A stretch of 64,000 nucleotides of DNA, from contig CAWFQL010000012.1 of assembly GCA_963817915.1 (NCBI GenBank), positions 639,877 through 703,876 of the forward strand, given 5' to 3'. The translations under genes were made by a program, and so were the position numbers. Of the stretch, positions 60,901-64,000 are shown in pieces. Source of the DNA: an uncultured candidate division Zixibacteria bacterium. Lineage in GTDB: Bacteria; Zixibacteria; MSB-5A5; UBA10806. Position 1 is the first letter of the stretch. Each line of letters starts with the position of its first letter. The notes under the pieces were generated by a model, which saw nothing but the letters and a program-made list of their open reading frames with translations, had not been told where the DNA came from and searched no databases.

Positions 60901-61284
60901 TATGTTCCGTAATCAGTTTCAGAACCTCGTTTTCGTCGCCGCACACAGCGATGCTTTGCCGATCCGCAAAAACGAGCCGTTGATGGCGGCCCACTTCCAA
61001 AAACAGTCGAGCTGCGGCTGAAGACCAGAAAATAACGGCGTGATGCCGAGGATGTTGGTGAAGCCTTCTCACGCTAGTAATCGTATGGCGATTTTCTTCG
61101 TCGCAGTGATCTTAGCAATGGTCGACTGGCTCTTTGCGCTGTCTTGGGATTTACGAAGCTAATCGGCTTCATCTAGCTCAGGAATGTCGCGCAGCAGAAC
61201 GGCGAGAACGACCAACGACGGCGTCCACGCCAGCATTGCTCCAAATAGAATGGCCTGTAGTGTGGTCATCACAGCCCTTCCTTG

Positions 61285-61464
61285 TTATGGGCATTTCTTG
61301 CAAACATGAGGCGACCCGCCGTGCGTCGCCGTGTGATCGGCGCCAAGCCGCTCAAGCAATCGATTGAGAACATTGATCTCGGCAGCGATTTTTTTGGCCA
61401 CTACCGCCTCAATCATCTCATGCAGTTTCCAAAGCTCGTCGACCGACATCGAAGCAACGTTCAT
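61285..61464 (-). CDS. H-NS-like N-terminal oligomerisation domain only (truncated)
   Basis: SMSVDELWKLHE.I......KI.AE...L...L..L resembles rhizobial H-NS N-termini; no W.G.GR.P DNA-binding motif. Confidence 0.6.
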   Translation of the reverse strand: MNVASMSVDELWKLHEMIEAVVAKKIAAEINVLNRLLERLGADHTATHGGSPHVCKKCP

Positions 61465-61843
61465 TTCGGTAAGGGATGACTTTGGGTCCTTGTTCGAATC
61501 CCCCACACGGGTGGACGGCCCGCGGTAATTTTCGTCGAGCATAACAGCGTTCCACAAACTGTGTTTGACGACACCTGAGTTAGCCCAAGTAGCGACGTTA
61601 AGTTGCGTCGCTATCGATCGTCAAATTATTCGCACCCCCCTTGGCCCTTTCTTTTCAGGCCGCCTGAGGGACCTGGCACAATTTGGATGGTGATGTCGTT
61701 ATTTGGCTAGGGCTGAGCATTATACGCACCGGACAACGAAATTCGCTCTCGTTACATCACTGATTTTTGGATGTTGATCGTCAGACTATCGAGGAGGTGC
61801 CTGACAACGAGGGCGCGCGACTTCGCGCCCCGCGCTACGGGCA

Positions 61844-61999
61844 CTATTTGACGATGTGATGGATCCCGTTCGGCCCGAGAAGGCCGACGAAGATCAGATA
61901 GAAAGCCACGGCGATGCTCACGGCCCAAGGCGCGAGCATCAGGATCGCTCCCGCGACCCAGGAGGCGATCGGCAAAAGGTGGGGGGCAGTGGCGTGCAT
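61844..61999 (-). CDS. Small membrane protein, DUF3096-like (not in ORF track)
   Basis: Manual translation [51 protein letters not shown]. Confidence 0.6.
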   Translation of the reverse strand: MHATAPHLLPIASWVAGAILMLAPWAVSIAVAFYLIFVGLLGPNGIHHIVK

Positions 62000-62164
62000 T
62001 CTGGATGGTTCACCCGCCAGGCACCCTAGCCGGCGCTAGCGTGTCATGCGTCCGAGACGCTTTTTCCGGTAAAGAAATTACCAGCCTGCAAATCGGAGCG
62101 GCACCAGCGGCCTTCCTGAGAGTCACGGCGAGGCCTTCCGGCGGTTGGTGCCCCTGGGGCTCAC

Positions 62165-62512
62165 ACCCGCGTCGAATGGCACTACATCGACCGGGCAAGC
62201 CTATGCAGAACGCCTTCATCGACAGCTTCAACGGCCGGCTGCGGGATGAACTGTTGAACGAGCCCATGTTTACGTCGCTGGCCCAGGCTCGTGTTGCCCT
62301 CGGATGTTGGCGGGCCGACTACAACGGCTCGCGCCCGCATTCCCAACTCGGATGGAAGACGCCTTCCGAGTTCGCCTTCACCTTCGAACCGCGACGGGAT
62401 CTGGCGCTGCGCTATGCCAAGGGTTCCGCCCCAGCTCCCGTCGCTCCCACCGCCCAACAGGCCAGACGCCAGGAGCGAACTCACCGCTGGATAAAACTTG
62501 GGGGCAAGGTCA
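62165..62512 (+). mobile_element. IS3-family element remnant (integrase-core C-terminus and right end)
   Basis: [31 protein letters not shown]...W..DYN..RPHS.LG..TP.EF; end GGATAAAACTTGGGGGCAAGGTCA finishing in CA. Confidence 0.88.
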
Positions 62513-62894
62513 GCTGTTCTCGCCTTAACCAAAAGCATTCTTGACTTTCGAAAACCGAAATGGTGCACTGCGAGTACTGCATTGCAGTATTTTTAGGAGT
62601 TGCCTGTGAAGTGGTTGCCCTTTGCCCAGTCTAGGAAGGCCGTTGATGCGGGTTCGGTTTCTGGGCTGGGTACGGGGGCCGATCGGCGCCAGCGCAGGGC
62701 TCTTGACACGCTAGTTGCTTGGCAAGCAGCATGAGCCCGCTTACCGATGCGACATTTCTTCTTCTTGCTGATTTCAGCCTTCGTTATGCCCGGCCTTTGA
62801 TTTCGCGGTGGCCCAATTTGAACCTTCGGTTCATCACGGCGACATACGTCCAAGGGTAGTTTTAAACCTGTAGTTTGTAGCATTCATATAGATA

Positions 62895-63110
62895 GTGAGG
62901 TTTCAAATGAGTTCTCTTGAGCAGTACCTTGCCGACACGACCGCCAATCTCAATGCTCAGATGTGCGAATTGGCTGAATTACGCGAGCGGGTCAGGAAAG
63001 CTCAGCTAGCAGCCCCGAAGTCGCCGCAACCAAAACAGTGGAATGCGCACGGCGCCATCTCACGGTCCTTACCAAAAATGCATCATGAACCTGCCGTCGG
63101 CCAGCGTTAG
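62895..63110 (+). CDS. Small hypothetical coiled-coil protein
   Basis: GAGG before in-frame ATG ~62907; heptad-like LNAQMCELAELRERVRKAQL. Confidence 0.4.
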   Translation: MRFQMSSLEQYLADTTANLNAQMCELAELRERVRKAQLAAPKSPQPKQWNAHGAISRSLPKMHHEPAVGQR

Positions 63111-63135
63111 AAGAACGATGGTCACTCTCGGTGAC

Positions 63136-63237
63136 ATGAAGCATAGATTTTTTATGGTGGTTCTGGTCATTGCTATCGTGGTCGCAACGACCGGGTGGGT
63201 CTACGCTTTAGGATGGGTCGCGCTAAAGCTCATCTAG
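63136..63237 (+). CDS. Small single-TM protein
   Basis: MKHRFFMVVLVIAIVVATTGWVYALGWVALKLI*; similar to the C-terminus of ORF 55615. Confidence 0.5.
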   Translation: MKHRFFMVVLVIAIVVATTGWVYALGWVALKLI

Positions 63238-64000
63238 CTCATCTAGAGGAACGTCGCGAAGCAACCAAGCCAACACGATAAGCGATGGTGTCCATGCGAC
63301 CATCGCTCCAAACCAAATTGCCTGTAGGGTCGTCATGCCGCACCCTCTTTGAGAGTTCCCCGCACCCAAGTAAGCGACATCAAACTAGCAAGATTTCCAT
63401 GCTATCATCCTGCGCGACCTATTTCAGGTTGCATTTCGACTTACCCACTATGAAATTTCATGTAGCGGATGCCCCACGCTCTGCTCGTTGAGCCGTTCCG
63501 CCAATTCGCCGGAGACGTAGCTTGGCTGTCGCTGAACAGGCGCGGTTATAATGTAGCGCGAGAGGTCGTCCAGGATTGCGCTCGATAGCGCTCGTATGGG
63601 CCTTCTAGGAGATGGATCGTTTTGAAGAAAATGCAAAGGCATCACCCTGATGGTGGGCGCGACCCGCTGAATTCACCGCAATCATTATTTTAACGTTTGG
63701 CGACTAATCATTTGTCGTCGCGGATTTGTATTGCGTACCGCGACCAGCATTGCCCCGGAACTTTTTGAAAATGAACTTCACGATTCGGGCATCAAAAGAC
63801 GGTCAGACCATTGAGACGGTTCGGATAGGACCTACCGCCGCCGTCGCACGGAGCGTTTCGCTGTCAAAGCAGCGTTTGAAATTTTGATTGCACTGCGGTA
63901 GGCGGCGGCCGCCGGAGACGCTATTCACCCGCTTGCGGGGAGCTCGCGCAGCACGAGGTCGCATAGCCGCTTGATGTCCGAGTCAGCCCCTTGCCCGCTG

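Noticed and set aside
62005..62544. 179-aa ORF as an intact gene
   Set aside because: Only the central part is IS3 integrase sequence; the flanks are chance open frame
63771..63887. 38-aa ORF MNFTIRASKDGQTIETVRIG...
   Set aside because: Protein-like start but too short and unsupported to call; possibly a remnant
1..64000. CRISPR array, cas genes, rRNA or tRNA genes
   Set aside because: No regularly spaced repeat-spacer pattern, cas-like ORF or recognisable rRNA/tRNA seen by eye

Overview
The window has two unrelated-looking segments. Segment A (1 to ~55.46 kb, moderately AT-rich, densely coding) looks like an FCB-group, non-Bacteroidota bacterium. Four secreted proteins end in an 'NYPNPFN...KM.L.K' T9SS/FlgD-type sorting domain, and a Zixibacteria-like origin is inferred, not demonstrated. 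It carries secreted proteases, a cobalamin-riboswitch BtuB/BtuG-like operon, rpmE-DUF1385-prfA-[5-gene TldDE cassette]-prmC, a Gld-like ABC system, a TPP-riboswitch thiMELD operon, TetR plus a TonB receptor, a MacAB-like exporter and a truncated radical SAM gene. The best candidate for an undescribed system is at 31.2-37.6 kb: an atypical threonine dehydrogenase, holo-ACP synthase, acetate-type adenylation enzyme, free-standing carrier protein and two glycine C-acetyltransferase (Kbl) paralogues. The dehydrogenase has lost its structural-Zn cysteines and shows an NADP-type signature. Together these suggest a carrier-protein-dependent, biosynthetic (reverse) Kbl/Tdh route from acetate plus glycine to threonine or an analogue. 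Segment B (~55.46-64 kb, GC-richer, gene-poor) looks like a decaying Bradyrhizobium-like alphaproteobacterial accessory region with a TAXI protein, IS110 and IS3 remnants, a truncated H-NS, and an FNR/FixK box followed by an orphan terminator. The junction is probably an assembly or concatenation artefact. Several single-base frameshifts in segment A are most simply explained as sequencing errors. All calls come from motif recognition by eye; no database searches were run.
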